A DNA stretch of 64,000 nucleotides, taken from contig NC_134031.1 of assembly GCF_964204645.1 (NCBI RefSeq), positions 1,240,001 to 1,304,000 of the forward strand. The letters run 5' to 3'. The notes beneath the pieces were generated by a model. It did no database searches. It was given only the letters and a program-made list of their open reading frames with translations, and was not told the origin of the DNA. This document shows positions 24,701 through 36,964 of the stretch, piece by piece (the first letter of the stretch is position 1; each line of letters starts with the position of its first letter). The translations under genes were made by a program, and so were the position numbers. This DNA comes from Tubulanus polymorphus. Its lineage: Eukaryota; Animalia; Nemertea.

Positions 24701-27307
24701 AACATTGTGACCACTGAGACCAACTGGACCAGGTTCCGTTCATGTAAATAACTGTAGTCGATGTTCCTGTAGAAACATTGGAAGATGGAGAAAACATGGC
24801 GCATGAAGAGGTGGTAGACGTTGAGAGCGGTGAGGAGGAGGCAATCGATGCCAACATAGAAAAATGACACTCAAGAGGAGTTTCAGATGAGTCACGTATT
24901 AACCCGGTGTCAAATCAGTAAACGTTAAAGCCCAACGCATACGGCAAAAAATTTGTTTCGCCGAAACAGAAAACATGTTTTTCACAAAACGTTTTTTGCT
25001 CGTGAAAAACGTTTTTCAGTTCGGTGTTTTGTGTTTTGCTTCCAACGCACACGGCACCGAAAAAAACGTTTTTTCAGTGCCGTGTGCGTTGGGCTTAAGA
25101 CAGATAATAGTTTGCAGGTTAACTTGATTAGAAGTACGAGCGTCTCTTTTACTAGTTCATACCGGTAAAGGTACCTGGAGAAGCTAAAAGTCAATCTACA
25201 AATTACTACCAGTTTTCACGTTACTGCGGAATTGATATTCAAGATAATCATCATTGTGATAAAAAGTTCTTACTATTCGCTGGTTTACTGTCGGGGATGA
25301 TGTGACAGGGGTTGAATTGACATATCTGTATTTCCGAAGAGTCGCCGCGACAACCATCATAAATATCGCTACAATTTCGACTTCGCGTTCGTAAACCAGG
25401 TCCGCATGAGGTACTGCAACCCGACCAATCACCCCATGAATTCCAAGAAGGCTGAGCTAAATCGAAATCATCAACACATTTCATATATGATTAGGAAGAT
25501 AAAGGACAGTTTTGAATTGACAATAATCGTAAATACCTCTACACTGAGACAATGGACAGGGTCTTCGCTGAGTGTCGTGTCCATCACAAACATCATCCGC
25601 TAACTTCAAACAGAATCTTCGTCGTGTTTGTTGTCTGTGATATCGACAGTCGCGATCACACTTTCCCCAACTTCCCCACTCAGTCCAAACACTACCCGCG
25701 AACCGGCTTAGTTTAGTGCGTAAAGATATAGAAGTTACCGGACTGTTCGTAGTTCCCAGTGAATCACTGGTATCAGAAACTGATGACGGGTTCCGCGAAT
25801 CAATGATTTGCTCATATTCTGCTCCATAATCAGCTTCTGTAGAAACTGGATGTGTGATAGGCGCCGACCTGATTTCAGTAGGATCAGTGAAAAATGCATT
25901 AACGGGTAGAGTTTTTTCAATGACTACTTCTGCATCCGTCGGTGTCAGAGGAATTCTCTTTTCGGCGACGCATGAAGAATCTCCTTTACTGTCAATCAAT
26001 GAACATTCATTCGGTTTATCTCTATCGTGTTCAGCGTTATCCAAAGGTGGAAAGATAATGTCCGCAGTGAAATTGACGGGGACTATACCAGCAGAACTTG
26101 TTCTAAGTGTATCAGTTGCTTTTTCGTGTCGATTCTCTCCATCACCTGTGAGAAGTATGGAATGTTTTGGCGTGGAATTTGGTCCCATTTGATCAGATTC
26201 AATGTTTTCATCTTCAGATTTAGATCGAGATTTCTCGTGTTTTGACTCTTGTCCAGCTACATGTGTGATATTTGCTTTATTAGTTAAATATGCGGCAGTG
26301 GCGTCAACAAATTCGTCATCGAAAACAACTTCACTTCTATCTACTGACTGTTGGGTATCCACTTCACTACTATCCACCGATTTGTGGTCATCCACTTCAC
26401 TACTATCCACTGACTTGTGGTCACCCACTTCACTACTATCCACTGACTTATGGTCGTCCACTTCACTACTATCCACTGACTTGTGGTCACCCACTTCACT
26501 ACTATCCACTGAGTTATGGTCGTCCACTTCACTACTATCCACTGAGTTATGGTCGTCCACTTCACTACTATCCACTGACTTATGGTCATCCACTTCACTA
26601 CTATCCACTGACTTGTGGTCACCCACTTCACTACTATCCACTGAGTTATGGTCGTCCACTTCACTACTATCCACTGACTTGTGGTCACCCACTTCACTAC
26701 TATCCACTGACTTGTGGTCACCCACTTCACTACTATCCACTGACTTATGGTCATCCACTTCACTACTATCCACTGACTTGTGGTCACCCACTTCGTGGTG
26801 ATCCACTTCACTACTCTCCACCGACTTGTGGTCATCTACGTCATTACTGGTGTGTAATTTTTCTTTCAGTCCTGTCCTCGCTGCGTGTGAACCACCTCCT
26901 CTGTCTTTACTATTTTGTTTTTCCAATAAATCAATTAAATTGTTCATTAAAGCCTTCTCTTCGTTATACCGCTTCGACCATTCGTTATACTGGGTTTTAT
27001 CCCGAGGGACATTGTATATTTCATGGGGTTCTGTAGGTTTAACTGACTCTTTTAAATCATCCTCAAATTCCTCGTCGTCATTGTGTTTGCGAAGTAATCC
27101 CAGTTCAAGTGCGCTGTAATGGTCTGGGGCACTACCGCCGCTCCTCTCCACATCACCCTGGTCGCGATCGCCAACCCTGTGATCGTGCGGATTAGAATTG
27201 GGATTATTGTCGCTGTTATGGCCCAAATGGTAGTTTTTATCCGAATAACAATAACTTCTTGCAACGAATTGGCTGATGAAAAAAAGCATTATGTGGAAAT
27301 GCAGCAT
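21770..27307 (-). CDS. Uncharacterised type-I membrane protein: SP, 11-aa repeats, 3 TSP1, Ig, EGF, TM, Tyr-motif cytoplasmic tail (multi-exon)
   Basis: Phase-compatible exons give three WxxWxxWxxC TSP1 domains, an Ig domain (VRLEC...MYW...DQGSYHC), an EGF domain CNSQPCMNNGQC...ECKCQAGYQGVFCE (23516-23650), TM GAAIGGFIAMMSAIGLCCYI and a long tail ending at 21770. Confidence 0.85.
24926..25099. mobile_element. Palindromic MITE in an intron
   Basis: TTAAAGCCCAACGCATACGGCA ... TGCCGTGTGCGTTGGGCTTAA terminal inverted repeats, with an internal third copy CCAACGCACACGGCA. Confidence 0.7.
26335..26840 (-). repeat. Coding 33-bp tandem repeat (~15 units) encoding SSEV(D/G)DH(K/N)SVD
   Basis: Visible in the DNA and in ORF 25481..27307. 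Confidence 0.95.
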
Positions 27308-28082
27308 TTTAGGGGATTACTTAGATGCAAGGACTCGCTGAGGGGGACACGGACTGTGTATTACAATTAGAACTGGATTTCTGAGTCAATCTTTTAACTA
27401 TTTTAACCTTTTAATCTTTTAACTATCACTTGCGGAATTATCTTCGGGTTGATCCTACCACAGCAAATCGATGCACTTGTGTGTATTGTCCGTGATTTAA
27501 ACGATGGACCCGGATTTAAAACTTCGGCTCGTGTCAATCTTAAACTTCGCGCGTAGCGCCATTACTGATACTGCCATCCTCCTCCTTTGGGTTCGAATCC
27601 TCATTTATTGCAGAATTAAACCATTAATTTTTTTCGGAATACAAGACGAACCAAATAAGATCAACCATTGCTGCATTTTAAGATAATGAAATTCATTTCA
27701 ATTATTTTGATGCGAAATCCAAAGAATCCTCAGAGAATAAATACCGACATCACCCTTAAAACTACAGAAGCCAAAAGCAACAACAAATTAAAACATTTAC
27801 ACATCTTTTATTCATTATAGTCTTTTCTGATAAATTTGTACAAATAAATGCATCTTACTTCGTTGTTCAAGTTGTTCAAGTCTAAATGAAATACCACATT
27901 GAAAACAGTTAGGCCTACACAGCAGGGGAAGACATGAAAACAACTGATTAAATATCTCCACAGGGGCAATACACGGCTAGTCGGTCTGTCGGTCGGTCGT
28001 TCGGCTGATGGATTCCGCTCCGTACAGAAAACATTCACAGTCTAAGCAGTTTTTACAACATTTATCCACGATTACAGTGCGT

Positions 28083-31000
28083 TCAACTATCGGAGGATTT
28101 ACGATGCCAGAATCGAGCTCGGTTATCTTCGCTACACGTTAGGAATGACGGTCCGACTGGAGAATGAACGATACACCGAACTATTCCATTGTGACCTACA
28201 AAATATTCACATCAATACAACAGTCATATTTGAGATAATATGAACTCCCATTTATCCAGTCATAGATAGCATTTAAATCATTAAAATCAAATACAGTCAA
28301 CCCCCGATATACCACGGGCCCACATCGACGCAGACTGATTTTGGCGGTATAGAGAGTATGGTGGTATATCAGAGAACCGGCAGGGTCCGATCTAAGGAAT
28401 GAAAGCCACTTGCCCGGGGGGCAAGCATATCTGAAATTTCGCTTGCCCCCTCCAAAAGCTACTTGCCCTACACAGGCAGTCTGATTGGTGGCACTATCAT
28501 CCGTTGTATCGAGTGGGAAAAAGCTTTGTGACATAAAATTGCACTAGCCTGGGGGACAAGTGATAATGAAAACCTATTTGCCCTGATGAGAATATACTTG
28601 TCCCGGGCAATCGGACAAGTGCTTAGATCGCACACTGGTATATGGGAGGGCGGTATATCGGGGGTTGACTGTAAATGGAGTTTGTCAAGTTTGTATCATA
28701 CCTAAGTTTAGAAGTCTCTGACGCTCAGCGCTTCTCGAATCCCACGAACATAAACTGACAGTCTTTTCATCGGGGAATAATACTGTAAATATAAAATCAA
28801 TTCACATCTTTAAACTTTACACAGATATCAAATTGATGAAAAATGTAGATCTGTGTAGGTCAGCTTTACCAGTTAATGTCACTAGTGCATAGAGTATCTT
28901 CCTAAGTTTACCTGATGAAGCTAATATAATATGCACTTGAAAGGAAAGATTGTAATTTCAAATATAATTGGTTAAGTTAAACGTACCGTAGTCTTCGGTA
29001 TGGTTAAATATAGCGTTAGTTCTGTGTTCCATTTTGCCGGTAGTACCAGCTCCTGTATACGCCATCAGACATCGTGATGTAGATAATTCCCACAGTTTCA
29101 CCAGTGAATCTTTACCACACGATAATACATACTACAAATATATCAGATAACAGCATCAAGTTCCGTAGTTCTCAGTGAAGTTTGATGAAGAGTTAAACAT
29201 CGGAAATTAACTGATTTCAATTGAGGTGAACTGCAAATTCAGGACCAACTTCCAGAGTTTCTTAGCTTATTTTGATTTTGTTAAGTTAAAATCAGTTCAT
29301 TTTCAATCTTTGAAACCTAGAGAAAGAAGTGTAGAACTACAAGGTTCAGATTCTTCATAACTAACCTTAGAATTACGCGAGAAAACGACCGAACAGACCG
29401 GTTTGCCGTCGTGAGCTTTCTCGAAATTCTGAACGACTTTGTTACTGACGCCGTCCCAGATCTTAATATCACCATCTTTAGACGATGAGACGAACAAATT
29501 CGCATTCGGACTCCACTTAACCTGCAACAACACAATCAGTAAGGGGTTAAAGGTGTCTGCATTTATGGAAATGTGATAAAGATTAAGATAATACACAGCA
29601 CAGGTTGAGCCTCCCCCGATACTTACAGCAGTGATCGCTTCTTTATGTTGATCATTAGGATTACTAGCGACAAAACACTGGAATGTATTCACATCATACA
29701 AACGAACTAAAAATAATAACAAATCTTCATTTCATTCCTGGCCATTTTATATTTCAACATGTGTTTATAGGTGAACTGTAGTTGAACTACTTACTCGTAG
29801 GGTTTTCAGTTCCAGCCAGTAAATAATCACCGGAAGGATGAAAACTAACGCAGCGGACCCCGGCTGCTTCCTGGATACTCTTATACGCTTTCTTTACAGA
29901 CGGTTTCGAGAACTCGAAGAATCGAATGCTGTAATCGCGACTTCCTGATACGAGAATCTGATGAACTGGGTGAAAATCTAAAGTCGTTACTTCCTACAAA
30001 ACACAGATATACGATTCCATAAATCATAGATCAGGGAATCCTTAATTCCCTGATATTTCCCTTGAACGAAATCTGTCAGATCAAATTTTTAGATATCCTC
30101 AGTGAGGGCTGTTTCTTATCAAGAGGTTCCTTGTGCCACTCATCACCAGCAAGAAGAAACAAGACACCAAAAATTCTCCAAATTTTCAAGAAGTGGATCA
30201 GAATTCCCCTGATTATCTCTGAGGGGGCTGAAAACTTTGCTGATATTTATTACGGGGTCAAGTGAAGTGAATGAATGCATAGTTAACCTACCCCATTATG
30301 ATCATATAGAGTTCTGATAACTGGATGATTCTCCATGACTTGTTGCGGAGTCTCCTGAGCGATAACCTCGGCCGGTGTCGTACTCTTCGCCAGCATTCGT
30401 TCAACGTCTAGAATCTTGATCGACGAGTCGTCTGAGCCGGTAGCGATTAGCTGACCGGTATAGTGAAACGCCGCCGTACGACACGGCGCTTTATGAGCCG
30501 TTACGTAACACGTCTCGTACAGAGCCGGTTCCGGGGAAAGTGTCGACACTAAAAACAATACAATCATTCATTTATTCAACTACATAGAAATCCCATCTTC
30601 ACCCGTCAACGGATTCGAACCCACTACGCTAAAGCTGTTCCCCGAACCCCTTGACCTCACGAGTCGTTGGAGTCGTTACTAGCCGACCAGAATCCGGTCG
30701 TACCAATCACAGCGCTTGTAACAAACCGACAGTAGACTTCTGTTGGTTTTCCCGTTAAATGGACCAATCAGCAAACGTTTTACCGAACAAGGAGGTATTT
30801 CGCAAATCGATATATGACGTCATGCGCAACAGCGCCAGTAATGAAATCACGCTTCGTGAGGCCAGGGGGCGCTGGTGGAAGCGAGTTCAGGAGTGATACT
30901 GGACCCCTGGCAAGCGAGGATGAGAAATCCTGGATCTGATAAAACCTCAAAGGCTGGTTTTACAGACCTACTTAACTTAAACCCCAAGAGCCGAATTAAC

Positions 31001-31565
31001 CAATAAGGTTTTAATTCTAACACAGGGGAATTCAATTGAATTGGGTTACCCACTAAGACTGAAGTAAATGGCTCGTGCAGTTTGGTATCTACAAAAACCA
31101 AGCTCTTGAGAACAATTTAACAGATTTTGTCATACCTTCAGTTTCATATTCGAGATCAATACCTGATCCGGGAGCAACAATTTCACCTTTGATTTTAGAT
31201 TGATTCTGACCTGAAAAACAAAATCAATCAGTTCATTCTAATGACTATTAAGGTGGGTAAATGTGCAATGAATGGTGTTTATACTGACTAGCTTCTTCAG
31301 CGCGTAATCCTAACTGTAAAACTTTAAATAGCCGATCAGACGGAGGACACGCCGGATGTGCATCAATCACGTTACTCAGATTCACAGCAACTTGTTGATG
31401 TCCGTCATAAAACAGTTGACTATAAATATACAACACAGTCACAACAGTTGAACCAGCAATCTATATAATCTATGCATTGATGAGGTGGGTGGGAGGGGGT
31501 GATACTGACCTGATTATCAGTCTATACATCTGTTCTCTATCTTTTACCTCTAATCGTCGAGACAT
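28083..31565 (-). CDS. CSTF1: Cleavage stimulation factor 50 kDa subunit (WD40; multi-exon)
   Basis: [25 protein letters not shown]; [14 protein letters not shown]; [14 protein letters not shown]; [11 protein letters not shown]; [15 protein letters not shown]; [20 protein letters not shown] (stop 28083-28085). Confidence 0.96.
28294..28671. mobile_element. Tc1/mariner-like MITE carrying a nested CAG-ended element (28381-28637)
   Basis: Outer TIRs and TA TSD as in the 13861 copy; inner CAGGGTCCGATCTAAG ... CTTAGATCGCACACTG inverted ends. Confidence 0.7.
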
Positions 31566-32179
31566 GATTTGATTTGATTTTTGCCTACATTAAAATAAAT
31601 AAATAAATTTTGAATTGAATTGATTGGTCCTTGCAGTCCCTCCTCGATTCTAATCGTGTTTATATCTCAATCACGCAACTGATAAATGATTAACAAGTTC
31701 TTATAGAAGTCCCAACAATTGAGTTTCCTCGAGATTAAAACCGTCCATCAACCCGTATTCAGCTCAGCAGAAAATAATTACCTCTTCCTAGTTTTCTACT
31801 AATACATGAAATTGCGGCCAGTGGCGGGTAACTCCGAGATCATGCAAATCAGGGCATCCATAGCGGGTAGCTCCGAAAATTCAATTCAAGCTTTATTGTT
31901 CCAATAAAATACAACACATCGGAACAAACATCATCAAAAAAAGTCAGGGTATCCAACTCCAATTTTATTGCCAACTTAGGTCACATCCTCGCTTGCTAGG
32001 GTTTAGGCAAGAAGTCACATATTGGATGGCCAGCGAGGGGTGGATCCACATGCAACAGATTGTCTTAGGATCAAAGGGTCCTTAACTGTCTCCAATCCTC
32101 ACCCAACAAAAACAACAAAATATTTAGAATATATCTTATTTTATTTTTCGCATAAAATTTAGGTACAAATTTACAATTG

Positions 32180-34613
32180 TCAACTGTTGGTGTCAGTTTT
32201 TGGAATTTGCTGCTCAATTATAGCTTTCAATGATTCAAATTCTTCGTCTCGAAGTGCTGTCCTTAAACTGTCGAAAAATGCGAAATAATGATGAAAATTG
32301 TGCCTACAAAATAACAAAGCAAAGTATTTTTAGATTTGGTTATCGGTAAAATCTTCAAAGTTTGAACTGATTATGTTCTGTAAGACTTACATCATTAGTA
32401 AAACTCCAGCTAACATTTCTGATGTATTTATGAGATGATGTATGTAAGATCTGGTGTGGGTTCGACAGGTATAGCAATCGCAATCAGAAACCAACGGTGA
32501 AAAATCTGCGAAATACCTACAATAGAATAATATACAACGTGTTAAATCAGGGCGCAGAAAGATTAAAGCGTCATATGAATATTCTTTAAATTTCTTCATC
32601 CCTCAATGAAGCACTTCTCAAGTCAGGAGACTAGAAAATGTGCTAGGATTGATGTAGAACTAATACTAACCGAGAGTCTTTAAGATCTATTTCAAATGGG
32701 TTTATTTGATGCGTTGAACTATCTCCATTCTCGATATCATCGTGTTGTGGTGTATTCGAAATGTTCTTATTCTTATAGTTATGATTGAACACCAGCGCAC
32801 CGCGTCGTTCTGTGACTACGTACGCGTATGAACTATCGAATATATCGACACCGCATTCAACAGCGTTCACGACCTGGTCCGGTCTCCAGATACCGTGCAT
32901 TACTCTCGGCTTCTCATCGGGTAAATATTTCTATAAAACAAATATCATTTTCATGAATTAAATCTGTGATAAACGGAGTCTACTGTAAAACACCAAGTAG
33001 AATTTGAACCTCAATAAATACTTATACTTACCATGAACTCGAGCATTAATTCTTTGACATCAGAAATTTGGAATGATTCACAATCGCCGCCGTAACTGTG
33101 AAAACCTTCTATTACAAAACCTACAGAAATAATTGAACAGAAATACCGTGAAATCACTGCCATTTCCAACAACGGAATATAACATAGATCAAAGGATAGG
33201 GATAGTAACATACCTGATACAGGTCTAGTAGCAGTCTGACGAGCCGATTGAATTCTAGCTTCAGTATCATATCCACCGACTATTACACCTAAAATTCCTA
33301 CACCATCGAGATTCTGAAAATACACACAAAATAAACATCAACATCAAACATGAAATACTTAAAGCAATGACTTAAAGCCACGGCCTGCAGTTGCTCAAAC
33401 GTTGGTTATGAGTGGATGGTTACAAGTCAGTTATTATAACCATGGAAATTATCTGCAGGTTAATTTTGACAGACTTTTGCACAGCCGTGCCCAGCAGTTG
33501 TATGAGATGTTTTCTCTTACCTCTGATTCTTGATGTTTTCTGAGACACATGTCTAAAAAGTTGATCGTTCGTTCGTGTGATTTCTGCAGACGTTTTCGTG
33601 AACTCGATTCGTTTACATCAGAATCGCTCAAACACTGGTAAAAATCTGGTTGAAAAATCTCCTGTACTTTAACATAATCTTCAGGTTCCAACTAGAAAAA
33701 CAAATAAACCAGTAAAATTACATTACAGCTTGGATAACACTGGTTCCATAGCAATATCAAGTTCCACATTAAGAATAAGAAACAAAAAGTCTGAAAATTT
33801 CCTCGAGCTAGTAGTTTATTCAACTGTATCCTTAAAGTCATCCTCAGGAACACTTATGGAATATTAAACTCAGACATAAGGATTCTTGAGACCTTTCCAA
33901 ACTCTTTTTTTCATTCTAAGTTAAGTGTTTCGGTTACAGCATGGATAGATGGGTATGACACAGGTTTCAGTGTTATTACACTTACCCTTACTCGACCACC
34001 TCTTCCCCAAATGCTGACACCATTTTTATCATTATATCCGGGAGCTACAACCGCTGTTGGGTCTTGTAATGAACAATACAATATCCTGTCCTGAAATACA
34101 TATACAATCATTGAATTACATATACAGAAAGAAAATAAACAATCTGATGAAGACACATTTCTTCAGTTCGATACTTACTTTCATACTAATAAATTTACCA
34201 ATTCCTCCACCATTTGCTTCGACTATTTCATTCTGATCTGCCCTAAAAACATGAATAGAGAATTTTCAAATGAATGAATCAACTACAAAACTGTTTATAA
34301 AGTTAGAAAATGATTTGAAACTTACAGTAAAGTCATCGGTAATTGTACAATCGCTGGAACTCTTTCTATTTTCTTCAACATGTCTAAAGTCAAATGAGGA
34401 GCGCTACCTGCCGTGGAAAATAACATCAATAAAACACATGCACTTTTTATGATACTAAATCTGTTCTGATTGTTATCAATGGGAATAATTCTGACCTCCT
34501 CTCGTGTATAATAAACACATCGGTGTCGCTACAACATTCTCCACATTCCGTTTAAATTCAGTCAGGTGACCGAGACGACAGCCATTCTTCACGGTTTGAA
34601 CGTTAAACTTCAT
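32180..34613 (-). CDS. QTRT2: Queuine tRNA-ribosyltransferase accessory subunit 2 (multi-exon)
   Basis: [15 protein letters not shown]...[14 protein letters not shown]; [13 protein letters not shown]; GVDIFDSSY; zinc site [17 protein letters not shown]...LLMMHNFHHYF; stop 32180-32182. Confidence 0.94.
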
Positions 34614-34798
34614 CTCTCGGAGCTCTCCCTCCCACCGGTCAGCAATCACTGATCAGTATTCAATCCTAAATAAACAAACAATAAATTAATGAAACAATAT
34701 TTACAGAATGCCAGATCGAGTTATGAAGTTAAGGAGGGTTATTATTATTACAGCGGGATTTGATGATTCGAAACTTCTTAATTCTTTTTTCGTAATTT

Positions 34799-36964
34799 CT
34801 ACTTGAATGAACTATTATTATCCAGAGGGCTGTCATTCATCAATTCACGTTTATTATTCCGAGCTTTGTTTTTATTATTCGATTTCCTTCGTTTGTTCGA
34901 ATGTCGACGTTTTTTATGTCGACCGTTCGCCGGTTTCTTTTTAGTTTTCGGACTCGAGCACTCGTCGATCGGGATGCACCTGTTTTTATGCAGCACCAGT
35001 CCGGGCAGACAGCGACAGCCGCCGATGCACGGGCGTTTACATTTACGTCGTTTAGCGCCGTGATTAGCGCAGGTCTCCGGACACGCCGAGACGCACGTGT
35101 CGTAAACCGCACCGATCTGACATTTCGGAGCGCCGCATAAATACGGCGTCCTCCAATTCAGAAACGTGTTCAGTTCCTTTTCGCACAAACGCGAATAAGC
35201 GACCATCGCCTCGCACGAACACTGCTGATTCTCCGGACAATCAGTGACGTCCATTACGCAAGCTTTATAATACGCGCGTACGTCGATTTTCTGTCGACAT
35301 CGAGCGAAACTATTTCCGTAAAGCGCCGCGCATTCCTGATGAGCTAACAATCGCTGATTCGGGTTAATCACGCGTATAACGTTACGTTTCGGACCGCGAC
35401 AATTCCGGTCCTTACCGACCAGCCACGTATCGCCGAAATCCTCCTCGGCGAAATATATCTGACCGTCGCTACCGGTTAAATCATCGGCTTCGATACCGTT
35501 ATAATTACCGCACAATCCGCAGAGTTTCTTCTTCAATAACGCCGGCACGCTCACCTCCAGGTAGCTGTCGCCGTCCCAGATTATTTTGATACCGATTTTA
35601 GTGGTAACCACGACGGCCTGACCGTCGCGACGAATATCGAATAATCGTTTGTTGACAAACGGCAACGCGATGCGTCTCCCGTCAACTTTCACTTTCAACA
35701 TCTGATCCAATAGAATTTGAGAACCGTTTATTTTAACGAGAGCGTTTTTCGTCCACGAGTAAAGATTCGACGATCGGATTCTATTCGAGACGATCACGTG
35801 AAACGAGTCGTCCTCACACAGTTTCGTTAACGTATAACGACATTTACCCTGGAAATCGTACAACTTTCCGTCGTATGTTTTATAGTGCGGGTCGCCGAAT
35901 ACGGTACACGTCGCGTCCATCTCGACGCACACCGGGCAGCATTCTCCGCGCACGTTCTGCAGTCGGAAATTCTTCGGACAATCGAGGTTATTATCGCAGC
36001 TTTGTCTCGTACATTCGATCGCTCCGTTGTTACATTCGCAATTATTGCAGACGGATTTCAACCATTTGACTCCGTGAGCGTAGGTATTCCCGTCCGACGC
36101 CGAACATGTTTTCTTCTCTCGACATTTACGACAACAAGCTCCGGTCGAGGGCAGGATTTCCTCGTCGGGGCAGTCTAAAATCGGGCAGGTATCGACTCGA
36201 CAGACGATCGTACCCGCGCGACATTCGCACGTCGTGCATCGGTCCGGTTTGAAGCTTAATCCCGATCGATAAACGTGAGTTTGGTATAAACAGAATCCGG
36301 TGAGTTTAAAAACGCTGCGCGATCCGGTGCAATGAGGACAGCAATCGCCGGCTGACAGCTTCCAGAACTGACGCTGACAGTTTAAAACCGGGCAACCGAT
36401 TTTACCGCATTCCCTCGTACCGTTCGTACATCGACACGTTACGCATTTATCACGACTCGCCGGGAAATAGTCCCCGTCGCGATACGTGAAACCGTCGTCG
36501 CTTTCGCAACCGCTACAAACCGGACAACACGTACCCGGACTCGAAACTGGATTCTTGCATTTGGCGTAACACTTCTTCACGCTGGATGTTACAACTCCGG
36601 CGAGACAGGTGTACGTTCGACACGGATCATCAGGATCGGTCCATTCTTCATCGTTTACGTAATCTCGACCTTTATACGTACAACCCTTACACGGACTACA
36701 GCAAACTCCGGCAGGTTTCGGATAAACAACTTGATGACATCCTTCTAAACTCGGACACTTCTTATCGTAACAGGAGATCTCACCCTCGCGACAATAACAC
36801 ACCGTACAGACCGAACGAATAACACCAGCTGGTGCTGCCACCTGCATACCTTCATTCGAACACGATATTGAATTACTGGTATTATTAAACCCGACGACTG
36901 ATTGTGATCCATCGACGACTAGAAACACTGCGTACAACATTACAATAACTTTAACGATAGACAT
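34799..36964 (-). CDS. BMPER: BMP-binding endothelial regulator / crossveinless-2, single coding exon
   Basis: Signal peptide from ATG 36964 (MSIVKVIVML), five VWC repeats, VWD with CTVFGDPHY autocleavage site and LCGLCGNYNG, C8 and TIL domains, basic tail. The ORF is uninterrupted. Confidence 0.93.
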   Translation of the reverse strand: MSIVKVIVMLYAVFLVVDGSQSVVGFNNTSNSISCSNEGMQVAAPAGVIRSVCTVCYCREGEISCYDKKCPSLEGCHQVVYPKPAGVCCSPCKGCTYKGRDYVNDEEWTDPDDPCRTYTCLAGVVTSSVKKCYAKCKNPVSSPGTCCPVCSGCESDDGFTYRDGDYFPASRDKCVTCRCTNGTRECGKIGCPVLNCQRQFWKLSAGDCCPHCTGSRSVFKLTGFCLYQTHVYRSGLSFKPDRCTTCECRAGTIVCRVDTCPILDCPDEEILPSTGACCRKCREKKTCSASDGNTYAHGVKWLKSVCNNCECNNGAIECTRQSCDNNLDCPKNFRLQNVRGECCPVCVEMDATCTVFGDPHYKTYDGKLYDFQGKCRYTLTKLCEDDSFHVIVSNRIRSSNLYSWTKNALVKINGSQILLDQMLKVKVDGRRIALPFVNKRLFDIRRDGQAVVVTTKIGIKIIWDGDSYLEVSVPALLKKKLCGLCGNYNGIEADDLTGSDGQIYFAEEDFGDTWLVGKDRNCRGPKRNVIRVINPNQRLLAHQECAALYGNSFARCRQKIDVRAYYKACVMDVTDCPENQQCSCEAMVAYSRLCEKELNTFLNWRTPYLCGAPKCQIGAVYDTCVSACPETCANHGAKRRKCKRPCIGGCRCLPGLVLHKNRCIPIDECSSPKTKKKPANGRHKKRRHSNKRRKSNNKNKARNNKRELMNDSPLDNNSSFK

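Noticed and set aside
26202-27036. Repetitive ORFs in other frames (HPLHYY, SLLSTDLW, SQWIVVKW)
   Set aside because: Shadow frames of the 33-bp coding repeat; only the minus frame has a signal peptide and TSP1 domains.
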